Source: Giardia intestinalis (taxonomy: Eukaryota). Taken from it: DNA of 64,000 bases. Shown here one piece after another: positions 19,721 through 29,249 of the stretch (positions are counted from its first letter, which is position 1; every line of letters begins with the position of its first letter). Both the position numbers and the translations under genes were made by a program. The stretch is taken from NCBI GenBank assembly GCA_000002435.2, contig CM018793.1; one strand, written 5' to 3'. Under the pieces are notes generated by a model, which was not told the DNA's origin, did no database searches, and saw nothing but the letters and a program-made list of their open reading frames with translations.

Positions 19721-22087
19721 TCACTCGCGCACGTCTAGAAGCACCAGGTAGGAGAAAAGAAAGACCAAGAGAGACATTATGATCTTAGACATGTGGAAGG
19801 GAGACCGAAAAAGGAACAACACCCATGCTGAATAGAACAGGCCCATGCTTATGGCATAGGCACACACGTTGCGTTGCGATATACAGAAGTTGAAAATGTG
19901 AGAGTGGAAAATACGACGGCATACACAGACAGAGCAAAAGTAGCAATACGTCCCCTGCTCAGGTTTCAAACAGGTTGAGCACAGATGGCTAGCCTCTGGT
20001 AATGCACTATCAGGTTTCACGGAAACCAAAACTCCGGCTAAATGCTGTCTATTTTCCTTGTCGCTGGAGAGGTCAAAAGGTGGCCGAGGTTCTACTGTAT
20101 AGAGGCAGTTGGCAGATCGGGTGAGCGACCTCGACACCAGAACATCACAGATCCTATAGACGGGTTCGGCGCTCATGATAGCCGAACAGGATGCAGAAGT
20201 GTCCGGAGTGTGTGTGCCTGTGCCTGTGCCTGTACCTGTACTTGTACCTGCATCAGTGTGCTCTTCTATCATCCTCCGGCTATTCCACATGTCATCGGAG
20301 AACCTTGAACTTTGCATGAAATCGTTCTTCGCTAGCGATATTGATGCCGTGCGGTCCAACCGCAAAGCATAGGTAGTAATAAAGAACAATGCTGAGAAGA
20401 CAACAGATACTAAAGAGCCTATTTGCAAGGTAAAATTATAGAGCCTGTGCTCAAGCAAGGTGCGTAGAGATGGTAGTAAGAAAAGCATGTAATTCTGCAC
20501 CCGTTTTGAAGTATGTGTCTGTATCGGCAGCTGAGTAGATTGATCTAAAAATAACTCGATCAGAATGCTGATTCCCAATCCAAGAAGCGATGCGGCATAC
20601 AGCAATATACCTGTATATCTAGATAGGCAGTCCAGGACTATGCCATACGTTGAACAGGTATTAGTGAGTATCTTGCAAGCAAGGGAATTTGGACACACGC
20701 AAGACAGATCAGAATTCATACAACACCCCTGCTGCATGAACCTCCGAGCTGACCTCTTATCAGATGCTGTGTAAACCATCTGCATAGAGCCGCAAATTTT
20801 CGCTTTGCAGAACTTCTCCGCTGCCCGAAAGAGCATTTTCTTTTCTGCGATTGACCTAGATATTATGAAATTGTAAATGTTGTGATACTGTTCTGTGTAA
20901 AATAAAAGCTCAATTACGCTACATCCCCTTGCAAAGGCATGTAGCAGAGGTAACTGCATATGTGGCTCATCATCTATTTTTAGGGGAAGCATTGTTACCA
21001 ACAGGTCGTCGGCTATAGAATGCTTTATCAAAAGGGACACTATGTCTCTGTTACTATAGAGTATGGCAAGGGCGAGGGCATTCGTCTGCAGGTTTCCAAA
21101 CCTGTGCTGCAGCTGCTTGCGGAGTGCAGTTTCTCCACCGATCTCCTTAATTAAATGGACTATGGCCGATACACAGTCAATAGAGTTAGACGAAATAGCA
21201 CAGCTTAAAAGATTGATGTTCGTGTCTTTTGTGAGTACGTCAATCATCCCCTTGTCATACTGCAGCAGCCAGAGGACACAGGAAAGGCGACCATTGAGGG
21301 CGGCAGCATGTATAGGAAGCATGCCGCAGGTGTCATAAGCATAGCAAAGAGGTGTCTCCGTGTCCTCGCCAGTCGTTAATTTGGAGGACATTAGGTATGA
21401 AAGACTATCAAAGTTGACCGCAGAGAGTGTGTGCATATCATTCGTTATGATAAGGTCGCGAAAGCTAACCCCTCCTCCAAACTGTGAATAGACTGAGAGA
21501 ATATACTTAATAATAAATGTGTTACCACGAATAATAGCTAACTGGAGGAGCCTTGTAACGTCCACAACATTCATTATGCTAAGTACGCAGTGGGCCTGCA
21601 ATGTTTGACTAAACAAGCTTGTAGCGAATTCATCTATGTAGAAGTTTGCTGAAATCACCATGGGCTCAGCAGAATGTCTATCAGTCAGTGCCGCCAACTC
21701 AATGGGCAGGAGCTGAAGAGAATTCGAGGACCTCGTCTCAAGCAGGAGTCGGAGTGAATCTGGACACGATTTTCTTAGGTCAAGTAAGCTGTATGTTGTG
21801 ATCTCTCCTAACACTATCAGATGCGCAATGTTGAATCCCCGCAGCGTAAAAGAACCGATATCATCTATTGATGCATTCTGAATACTAGCAAATCCGTTCT
21901 CGTTCAGACGCTGTACAGCTCCGGTGGGATTGTCCGGTTTAGTATCCTCGAACTTACGGCAATCTAAAACAGCTCTGGCCAGGGTAGAGTCGACATTATC
22001 CTCGAGCTCTTCGAGGGTCGAGGGAGCGACTACACAAAGATCATTTTGAGTCCTAATCCCCATGCGCCGGATTAGCTCAAAAGGCAT
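19721..22087 (-). CDS. Ankyrin-repeat multi-pass membrane protein with a degenerate DHHC-type cysteine-rich domain (possible inactive palmitoyltransferase-like), about 788 aa
   Basis: ANK repeats (GMLPIHAAALNGRLSCVLWLL, NALALAILYSNRDIVSLLIKH). These are followed by TM helices and CSTCLKPEQGTYCYFCSVCVCRRIFHSHIFNFCISQRNVC, which matches DHHC-CRD spacing (compare CSTCLIRKP...C..C....DHHC) but has HSHI in place of DHHC. I propose the start at ATG 22085-22087 (MPFELIRR...), preceded by AT-rich sequence. The longest ORF, to 22405, would overlap the divergent phosphatase gene by 230 bp. Confidence 0.5.
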   Translation of the reverse strand: MPFELIRRMGIRTQNDLCVVAPSTLEELEDNVDSTLARAVLDCRKFEDTKPDNPTGAVQRLNENGFASIQNASIDDIGSFTLRGFNIAHLIVLGEITTYSLLDLRKSCPDSLRLLLETRSSNSLQLLPIELAALTDRHSAEPMVISANFYIDEFATSLFSQTLQAHCVLSIMNVVDVTRLLQLAIIRGNTFIIKYILSVYSQFGGGVSFRDLIITNDMHTLSAVNFDSLSYLMSSKLTTGEDTETPLCYAYDTCGMLPIHAAALNGRLSCVLWLLQYDKGMIDVLTKDTNINLLSCAISSNSIDCVSAIVHLIKEIGGETALRKQLQHRFGNLQTNALALAILYSNRDIVSLLIKHSIADDLLVTMLPLKIDDEPHMQLPLLHAFARGCSVIELLFYTEQYHNIYNFIISRSIAEKKMLFRAAEKFCKAKICGSMQMVYTASDKRSARRFMQQGCCMNSDLSCVCPNSLACKILTNTCSTYGIVLDCLSRYTGILLYAASLLGLGISILIELFLDQSTQLPIQTHTSKRVQNYMLFLLPSLRTLLEHRLYNFTLQIGSLVSVVFSALFFITTYALRLDRTASISLAKNDFMQSSRFSDDMWNSRRMIEEHTDAGTSTGTGTGTGTHTPDTSASCSAIMSAEPVYRICDVLVSRSLTRSANCLYTVEPRPPFDLSSDKENRQHLAGVLVSVKPDSALPEASHLCSTCLKPEQGTYCYFCSVCVCRRIFHSHIFNFCISQRNVCAYAISMGLFYSAWVLFLFRSPFHMSKIIMSLLVFLFSYLVLLDVRE
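20207..20250. repeat. Imperfect (CCTGTR)n hexanucleotide microsatellite inside a coding sequence, encoding a (GT)n dipeptide run
   Basis: gtgtgtgtgcctgtgcctgtgcctgtacctgtacttgtacctg. On the minus strand it encodes ...AGTSTGTGTGTGTHTPD. Confidence 0.7.
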
Positions 22088-22175
22088 TAATATTTTAGGG
22101 TGCCATAAAACAGAAACGGCCGCTTCAAAAAATCGGCACTGTAAAAAAAGCCGTTGGGCCGAAATTTGAGGAGCC

Positions 22176-23432
22176 ATGGGTATGACACATTCCTTCATCA
22201 CAGAGTGGGATAATACCCCCAAGACCAAGATGCGTTTTAGTCGGGAGGTAAGCTTTGCAGAACTCCAAAGGGTGACCAACTGTATGGCTAAGCACGAAAT
22301 TCCCAGCATTGAGGACTTTATATGGGTGCTTAAGGAAGCTGCTAAGGTTCTTTCCACTTTACCAAATAATGTCCACGTGATTCCTGAGCCTAATGACCGC
22401 CTCATCTTTGTTGGGGATTTGCACGGGTGCTTTGAGACATTGATACGTTTATTCCTTGGGTATCCGCAACAAAATATCCCCAGAACGGGCTTCCCAGGTG
22501 AGATAGTTGATGGCAGACGCCTTGTTTACTTTTTCAACGGAGACTTTGTTGACCGAGGAGGGTCTGGATATCAGATTGTCTTCCTCCTGGCGTACATGGC
22601 AATTGCCTGCCCTGGTTCGTGCTATCTAAATCGCGGAAATCACGAGTCCGAAATGTTCGGTCTTTCGACGCAGGGCATGCTTGGGAACAAGTTCATGTCG
22701 GAGATGGCTGGTAAATTTTCTGGAATGGACCCGGAGACGTACAGGCCAGCTATTGGCGAATTCTTTTGCGCCCTTCCCATTGCCCACACCATAGATCGCA
22801 ATATATTTATGGTGCACGGTGGGGTACCCCTGGGAGACGACCTCAGTAATGTTCCGCGAGCTGCTCCGCAATCGTATTTCAGCACCGGGTCGCCTGCCCC
22901 CATACCCAAGGGGCTCAAGCCATACAAGATAAGCAACCTGGACAACCTAACTCCCTCACGCCAAAAAACAACGAACTTTGAAGACAATCCTCGCAAACAA
23001 AATGAGCTCTGGCACTCCTTTGTCTGGAACTATGACCGTCTACCGTACAGCGCCGACTTCATGGAAGAGAATAATTTCAAGACTATGGTTCACTCACATA
23101 CGGCCACCCCGTTCCACCAGATAACGTCCTTCCTTCCGCTTGAGAAAACCTCGGGAGAAAAGTACTCCATCCAATCGGTCATTAAGAACCAGGAGATGTT
23201 CGATAGAATGAAGGCTTTCTTCGCGAGCCACCAACTAGCAAACAGCAGTAAGCTCTCCATCTTGGAAATCTTCTCTTCTCCCACTAATAACGGGACTGTG
23301 TACGCAGCCTGTGTTGACGCCGTCCCCGGGGAGCCAGGCCAACGCATCAACTACGACCCCTTCCAGTGGACTTACATCTTCTTGGGTAACGCATCAGAGT
23401 ATAACTTTATACAGCAAGGAACCACGTACTAG
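22176..23432 (+). CDS. Serine/threonine protein phosphatase, PPP family (calcineurin-like metallophosphoesterase), 418 aa with a C-terminal extension
   Basis: Motifs GDLHGCF, GDFVDRGGSG, NRGNHES and a later HGG are present. True ATG at 22176, preceded by ctgtaaaaaaagccgttgggccgaaatttgaggagcc. An AGTAAAC motif lies downstream, near 23489. Confidence 0.8.
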   Translation: MGMTHSFITEWDNTPKTKMRFSREVSFAELQRVTNCMAKHEIPSIEDFIWVLKEAAKVLSTLPNNVHVIPEPNDRLIFVGDLHGCFETLIRLFLGYPQQNIPRTGFPGEIVDGRRLVYFFNGDFVDRGGSGYQIVFLLAYMAIACPGSCYLNRGNHESEMFGLSTQGMLGNKFMSEMAGKFSGMDPETYRPAIGEFFCALPIAHTIDRNIFMVHGGVPLGDDLSNVPRAAPQSYFSTGSPAPIPKGLKPYKISNLDNLTPSRQKTTNFEDNPRKQNELWHSFVWNYDRLPYSADFMEENNFKTMVHSHTATPFHQITSFLPLEKTSGEKYSIQSVIKNQEMFDRMKAFFASHQLANSSKLSILEIFSSPTNNGTVYAACVDAVPGEPGQRINYDPFQWTYIFLGNASEYNFIQQGTTY

Positions 23433-23598
23433 TATCAGCTCCCATGGTGTGTTGAAATTGTGATTTATCTTTGGTGATAGGTAAACAAGTAAACAGGCAA
23501 CGGCAATCTAAATATTCTAGTGCAGATTGATACAATTAATAATTTCGGTTAGGTGCTTCCTTGCGGGCGCCTGTGGGTTAGTATCTATCACTCTCCAG

Positions 23599-23970
23599 CT
23601 AAAGCTCTAGAAGGGATGCGGCGTCGGCCACCTCCGCTGCTAGGCGTACAGGTATCGGGGCAAAAACGGGGATGTCGGCGGTGGTCTTATTCTTGGCCAC
23701 TTGTGCCCCATACCGAAGCTTATAGTAAAGATAATGTATCACCACTCCCATCACATCAGAAGAAATGTCGAGCTTTATGGGGCCTTCCTGGTCAACCCTT
23801 TTAAAGTATGGGCTCTGGAGGTAGGCCCTCTTAGATATAAAGTGTCTTCCACCGTCTTTATCGTGAAGCTCCCTGTATTGTTCTTGTGTAGGATCAATGG
23901 GAAACGGATATTCCACGGCAAATCCCCCAGATCTTCCTGACGGCACAAGTTTTTGTCCTGCATGTTTCAT
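23599..23970 (-). CDS. Elongin C-like protein (SKP1/BTB fold), 123 aa
   Basis: VIHYLYYKLRY...TADIPVFAPIPVRLAAEVADAASLLEL aligns with elongin C VCMYFTYKVRY...[24 protein letters not shown]. True ATG at 23968-23970 with an AT-rich upstream region. Confidence 0.6.
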   Translation of the reverse strand: MKHAGQKLVPSGRSGGFAVEYPFPIDPTQEQYRELHDKDGGRHFISKRAYLQSPYFKRVDQEGPIKLDISSDVMGVVIHYLYYKLRYGAQVAKNKTTADIPVFAPIPVRLAAEVADAASLLEL

Positions 23971-23998
23971 TTTTGTTATAGAATTTATTATAGAATAC

Positions 23999-26900
23999 TC
24001 ACTCAGCTTTCAGCCGCGCAAGAAGCTGGCCCAGAGCCGCATTTTGTATGGGTCCCTTGTTTAACCGGTTGACAATCTGTTGCACCTTTTCATTCACGAG
24101 CACCCTAGGGTCCTTTTCACTTGCCTCTGCTATAGCGGTCAACAAAGCCACCAGTGTATTTGTTTCTATTCTAGAAGAAGTAACGATATAAGTATGCGTG
24201 CATGACACAGGATCTAGCTGCGTATATCTTTTCAGTAATAGGTCAGTGACAGGTCCACAATCAACTTCAAGACTCAGCCGAAGGGTATACTCCATCAGCT
24301 TGGTCAAAAGCTCCAGGTGTCCTGTACACTCTATAGTGGCCAGGATAGCTGAGGACATCCCGTTGCATTTATCTTTTCTTATCAGGGATATCTTAGTTGC
24401 TATTAGTATTAGTAGTACAGAGTACTGAAACATGATTTGTACCAATGGTATTTCTGACGCAAAAACCTGTAAAGGTGTGGAATTATTTTCTTGCTGCAAT
24501 CTACCAATCAGTTTAAATATATCTGATATGGAAATAAATGTGAAGGCTTGACCAGTACATCGAGCCGTTTTAACTGGGAGTTGCTCCTGGTTTGGAACCG
24601 CTCCCTCAGAGATGATACTGAGGTAGTTCCCCAAGGCCGAGAGCATGCTTACTACTATGTCCAGTTGCTTGTCTGTAGTTGCTGTCCACGATAGCACATG
24701 CTGGCAGATAAGCCCAACAAATGTATCCTGTCGTAATATGGAAGTAGCAGGGCGGTTAGAATCCACTGTGCATAGTATCAATCCAACATTCAAATTAATA
24801 TTTGTCTCTATAAAAGATGATGCTGTAGACAACGTGTTTTGTGAACCATGACGCTGTGAAGATACAGGTAAACAAATAGGGTCTACTAGACCTTGTGGGT
24901 CCTCTCTGTGGATGGTGAAAAACGATCTTTTGGTAGGGGGCTCTCGCTCTTCAATTGCGGTGGTCAGTTCTATTAGAATTCTATAGAGGACAATAACATC
25001 ATATATAGCAATGGGAGTATTCTCTTTACGGTCTTTATTGATAAGGGAAGACTGGCCTGCTATGAATAGCTTGTACAGTGCACACTGTGTGGTATATAAC
25101 TCGTGTGGCATGAGCCTGCCTATCCCAACCCTGTCGGTATATAACTCTATTATCTCTCTGGCTTGTGAAAACATCTTAGAGTTTGCTTCGGGTGTCTGTG
25201 CTTCTGTCTGTATTAAATCATGCACTAGCTCGATAGAATATTCTATTAGAAGCTTTAGGTATTTATTATGCAAGGCGCAAAGGGACAAGTATCTTCTTGT
25301 GAGAGCCAAGAGCATAGTTGTAAGAATACTCGTTATCGCTGCACTAGGATTTACCAGAGAACCTCCCACATTGTGCTGGCGAGTAATGTATAGGCCCATG
25401 ATGGCTGCCAAGACCTCAAAGTCGAACAGCTGAAGATCTTCGTCTACTTCTAGCAAAGTGATCACGTGCTTTGTGAGCTGGATGGCGCTATCTATGTCTT
25501 GGCCATATATTAGGACACTTATGAACAAGTAATAGAATTCATATCGTGTTACGCCGTGCTTCCTTGCTAAAACGTTACTGGGCATACTTTTGTCAGTAAA
25601 CCACTGCTGAATATCTCGGAGAAGGGATGTTGACTGACTAATTAAATTGGCAGAAAGCTCCTTTATTGCTTCTCCGTTATTCTGAGAGGGCGTAGAAAAA
25701 GACGATGAGGATCCCTGAGAAGATACTCTGGCCTTACCGCACAGAGCCTCTATCTCTATAAGTGCGCACTGCACTACTAAGATGATGGACCGAGGATTGC
25801 TTTTCATACCATGCACAAGCTCAAGCAGCTGTGGGCACGGTATATCGCCTCTGGAAATTAGTGCTGTCAAGAGGTAAAACGAACGGTCATGTAGCATGGC
25901 CGTCATTTCTTTGTATTCATTGGTATTACTATTGTCAATATATACTCTGAATATACTTTTCAGTGTTGGCAGAATAGATGTAAGTTCTTGTCGATCTACA
26001 GTGTCTCCAGTTAAGATTACAATGTCCAGAACTAAAAGCACAATCTTGGTAGCGTATAGCTGATTGTTCTCTGAAATCTCTGTGGCGTATTTACCATCTT
26101 TCGGTTGTGTGGAGCGAAACGGAGACAGGCTACCTTTGTTAATCTCCTCGCGAAATATAAGCAAACCTGTTAGTGTGCGATCTATAATGGCTTTTGCAGC
26201 ACGAATCGCAGAAGATAGAAAGCCATTTTCTGCCAGGAATGACAGTATATTGGACAGCCCTGCAAACATAACGCCAGCTGGATCCTGAATACAGGAGCAT
26301 GTATCTAGGGCGTCCTGGATGCTACTATTTATTTGCTGACATGACTCTGCGCGGGCGGGTGCTGGCTTGCTTGTGACTAAGTGCTGGACTGTGCGCTTCA
26401 CCTTCAAGATTGCATCTGCAAAGGGCCATGGACATAGTTCCTGAGGCTTTGTTATACAGTAGTCAATGCTATAGCCAACAGAGATAGGCGTCTTCATCAG
26501 CGTCAGTAGTATAGATGCGTCTGCAAATGTGCGCAATATATTGGCAAGTGACTGCTTTGATGCTGCCTTGAGCTCAAACATCTGCTTGAGGATTCGAAAG
26601 ACACGGTCAATGAAGGAGATATTTGTTTTATAAAGAGATTGTCTATATGAGCGGATTGCAATCCCATCTAAGATGAGGTTTATAATAGCATCTTGCTGGT
26701 CGCCCTTTCTATAGAATGAGGCAGCATATGCAAGGCGATCAAGGAGCACGCTGCTATCCCCTGATTCGTAGACTTGAATGAAAAGGAATTTGAGCTCAAC
26801 AATATGATACATGAATATCTGCTGCAGAAGCTCTGGTGACCCAGACTTGAACAGAAAGGACGGCTGAAGAACAAGCTTGAATACTGTTGAGAGACAAACC

Positions 26901-27307
26901 AGTAAATCGTCGTACGTCTTAGAGCTCCATATCTTGCTACTGAATGCCGTGGGTGGTCGACTCCAGTGGTGCCTTATTAGCTGACCGAGCGATCTGAGAG
27001 CAACTACGAAGAGCGTAAGACCACGCTGCATATCCATGGTCTCACTTTCAACCTGATACAAGCGAAAGGCCAGCAAATGGAGGGCACAGTATATTTGAGT
27101 AAAGTCCTCAGTGGTATCAGTCATCGCGTCAAGCTCTTTATCAAGTTTTATGCAGAGATGCCAAAGGTCAGGCCCCATTTTCGCTGTGTCTTCACTTCGA
27201 GTCTCTGCTACTTTATCCAAAAGATCCGTGAGAGTCTCTAGCTTTGGGAGCACTCCTCTTTCTAGTCCAACAATGAGCCCCACCATATTCTCAGAAAAAG
27301 AGGACAT
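23999..27307 (-). CDS. Large hypothetical protein (1102 aa), helical-repeat-like, function unknown
   Basis: True ATG at 27305-27307. An 1102-codon uninterrupted ORF. Leu-rich, helical composition. Its stop lies only 28 bp upstream of the elongin C start. Confidence 0.55.
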   Translation of the reverse strand: MSSFSENMVGLIVGLERGVLPKLETLTDLLDKVAETRSEDTAKMGPDLWHLCIKLDKELDAMTDTTEDFTQIYCALHLLAFRLYQVESETMDMQRGLTLFVVALRSLGQLIRHHWSRPPTAFSSKIWSSKTYDDLLVCLSTVFKLVLQPSFLFKSGSPELLQQIFMYHIVELKFLFIQVYESGDSSVLLDRLAYAASFYRKGDQQDAIINLILDGIAIRSYRQSLYKTNISFIDRVFRILKQMFELKAASKQSLANILRTFADASILLTLMKTPISVGYSIDYCITKPQELCPWPFADAILKVKRTVQHLVTSKPAPARAESCQQINSSIQDALDTCSCIQDPAGVMFAGLSNILSFLAENGFLSSAIRAAKAIIDRTLTGLLIFREEINKGSLSPFRSTQPKDGKYATEISENNQLYATKIVLLVLDIVILTGDTVDRQELTSILPTLKSIFRVYIDNSNTNEYKEMTAMLHDRSFYLLTALISRGDIPCPQLLELVHGMKSNPRSIILVVQCALIEIEALCGKARVSSQGSSSSFSTPSQNNGEAIKELSANLISQSTSLLRDIQQWFTDKSMPSNVLARKHGVTRYEFYYLFISVLIYGQDIDSAIQLTKHVITLLEVDEDLQLFDFEVLAAIMGLYITRQHNVGGSLVNPSAAITSILTTMLLALTRRYLSLCALHNKYLKLLIEYSIELVHDLIQTEAQTPEANSKMFSQAREIIELYTDRVGIGRLMPHELYTTQCALYKLFIAGQSSLINKDRKENTPIAIYDVIVLYRILIELTTAIEEREPPTKRSFFTIHREDPQGLVDPICLPVSSQRHGSQNTLSTASSFIETNINLNVGLILCTVDSNRPATSILRQDTFVGLICQHVLSWTATTDKQLDIVVSMLSALGNYLSIISEGAVPNQEQLPVKTARCTGQAFTFISISDIFKLIGRLQQENNSTPLQVFASEIPLVQIMFQYSVLLILIATKISLIRKDKCNGMSSAILATIECTGHLELLTKLMEYTLRLSLEVDCGPVTDLLLKRYTQLDPVSCTHTYIVTSSRIETNTLVALLTAIAEASEKDPRVLVNEKVQQIVNRLNKGPIQNAALGQLLARLKAE

Positions 27308-27381
27308 GCCGTTTTAAGGGTTAAACCCAAGGAGAGAGACACGACATAAATTCACTAAACGTTTACCGCGAGTGGCTAATG

Positions 27382-28362
27382 TCATACGGTTGGAGATAAT
27401 AAGGAGGATACGTTGCCAAAGTGATGACTGGAAAACTTGACGAAAACCGCCGGTGGATGGCTACCCTGAGCTAGCTTCGTGACATGTATCCAGGTAGACA
27501 AGAGGAAAGCACGCTCAGACGCCAGCATCTCTGGACTGTAAGTGGTAAAAAAAGACAGCCTTTCAGTCCAGCAAGGCAACCCAAACGCCTCATTGACAAG
27601 TAAAACGCCTGCTGCCGTCAAGGCCGAAGGCTTATACCTATAACTTTCTGGAGTCATGGCGCACATCTGAGTGAGGTAATGCAAGAGAGACTTCTGTTGC
27701 ATCGTGAATCCTGCGGCATTGCTGAAGAACTTCACGTAGTGATAAGGAGTAATTGTCTCGACATGGAAATTAAGATAGTGTAGTAGGACAATCTCATTTC
27801 CGTATAGATCGGTGCTGGTGAAATGGGTATTGTTCTCCCCAAATAGTTTCGATAAAAGTCTAGATCCCGGTAAGATCCCCCACTGGCTTGGCTCTACTTT
27901 TTGGGCCACGAACAGAGCCGTCGCAAGAAGGTAGGGGCTCGTTGTTCCTATGTTAATTTGGGTCAAGATGCGGTGCACAATGTCGATTGCCAGATAAATC
28001 GCGGTCTCACACATCTTGAGTGCATTAGCACAACGGAGGAGATTGTTGAAAATAAGTCTAATGTCTTCATCTGATAAGCCCTGGACACGCTGGGGATAGT
28101 CTGGAGACACTCTATTTATATAGTCCTCTTCGTGATCCAGGTAGAACCTCGAAAGATTGACACACTCACGGTTCACATTCATATTCATAGATACCAATTC
28201 ATCCCAGGTTATCGACACGTGGCGAATTGTTGGATATAAAGAAGCTTTTGTAATGAAGAAGCAGGATGGGTCCGGGGCAAGAATCTGCTGCGCCTCAAAC
28301 TTAGTGCCAATATCATCATGAACCAGCTGGTGACTTGGCAATGCAGATGGCTCCAATGCCAT
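27382..28362 (-). CDS. Cyclin (cyclin-box protein, A/B-like), about 326 aa
   Basis: Cyclin box: KMCETAIYLAIDIVHRILT...YLLATALFVAQKVE...LLHYLNFHVETITPYHYVKFF. The track start at 28569 is a GTG. I chose the ATG at 28360-28362 (MALEPSAL...), which is preceded by about 70 bp of AT-rich sequence. An alternative ATG lies at 28446. Confidence 0.65.
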   Translation of the reverse strand: MALEPSALPSHQLVHDDIGTKFEAQQILAPDPSCFFITKASLYPTIRHVSITWDELVSMNMNVNRECVNLSRFYLDHEEDYINRVSPDYPQRVQGLSDEDIRLIFNNLLRCANALKMCETAIYLAIDIVHRILTQINIGTTSPYLLATALFVAQKVEPSQWGILPGSRLLSKLFGENNTHFTSTDLYGNEIVLLHYLNFHVETITPYHYVKFFSNAAGFTMQQKSLLHYLTQMCAMTPESYRYKPSALTAAGVLLVNEAFGLPCWTERLSFFTTYSPEMLASERAFLLSTWIHVTKLAQGSHPPAVFVKFSSHHFGNVSSLLSPTV

Positions 28363-29249
28363 TTTGTGTCCTGACTGTGCAAGCGCCCTTTTTAACTTCA
28401 ATTTTTGTATGTAATTCTCACATTTGCTAATGAAGGAGCCCTGCATTCCACAAAGCCATGTCTTATCAATCACACTATCCACCTGTATCTTTATATGCCA
28501 TAGATGTAGGTGTCGTGCGCTTTCTAGTGGAAGCCCTATGTACCCGTCTTGCCCCAACAGCTTATGCACCTCGATACATTCCTTTCAGTAATGTATTACG
28601 GGGTATTGCGGCCTTCACTCTAACCAAGTAGGTTAAGCTACAGCCTCTATTGATGAAAACTAATGAGTAGCTAGAGATAAAGGCAATTAGATAAGGAGAC
28701 CTAAACATATAGAGGTGACGCTTGCGTATACTGCACATCCTTGAGTAGTCTGGTACCAAAATGCATCACTAAACTTTGGTTGAGATTGGCGATGAAGAAG
28801 CAATTCTCTTTTCAGTTTGCAAAGAAGCGTAGCACACACCTAAAAGTAATGTTGAGAATGCACGCATGTGAATACAAATACCATATTACGGGTCAGAGCT
28901 CGGGCACATCAGTGAGAGAACTGTCTCTAGTTCCATTGAAGACGCTCTATTTTTTATCGTAAGAAACTGTAGTCGTGATAACCTTCATAAACTGTTAATA
29001 TCACACGTTGGACAGAGATTACTCCATGTTCCTGTCAACAATCTGTACAAATTTAAAGCACTATCTCATAGATTCCAAAGGTAATATCTGCAGGTAGTGT
29101 GCTCTTCCACAATATAGGGTTTGGTACAATTACTGACAAATCGCTGGGCTATGATACTGGTTACACCTAAGCAAGTGATTTTGGGTTACCTTGACCGCTA
29201 ATACAGACCTTAAAATTGAGGTTTTTCACTCTTCTCCAAATTGGACGAA

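Noticed and set aside
22088-22405. The N-terminal 106 codons of the 894-aa minus-strand ORF, which overlap the plus-strand phosphatase gene
   Set aside because: The extension opens with a non-ATG start. It would force a 230-bp coding overlap with a well-supported divergent gene. It also skips an ATG at 22087 that has a typical AT-rich initiator. The shorter model is preferred.
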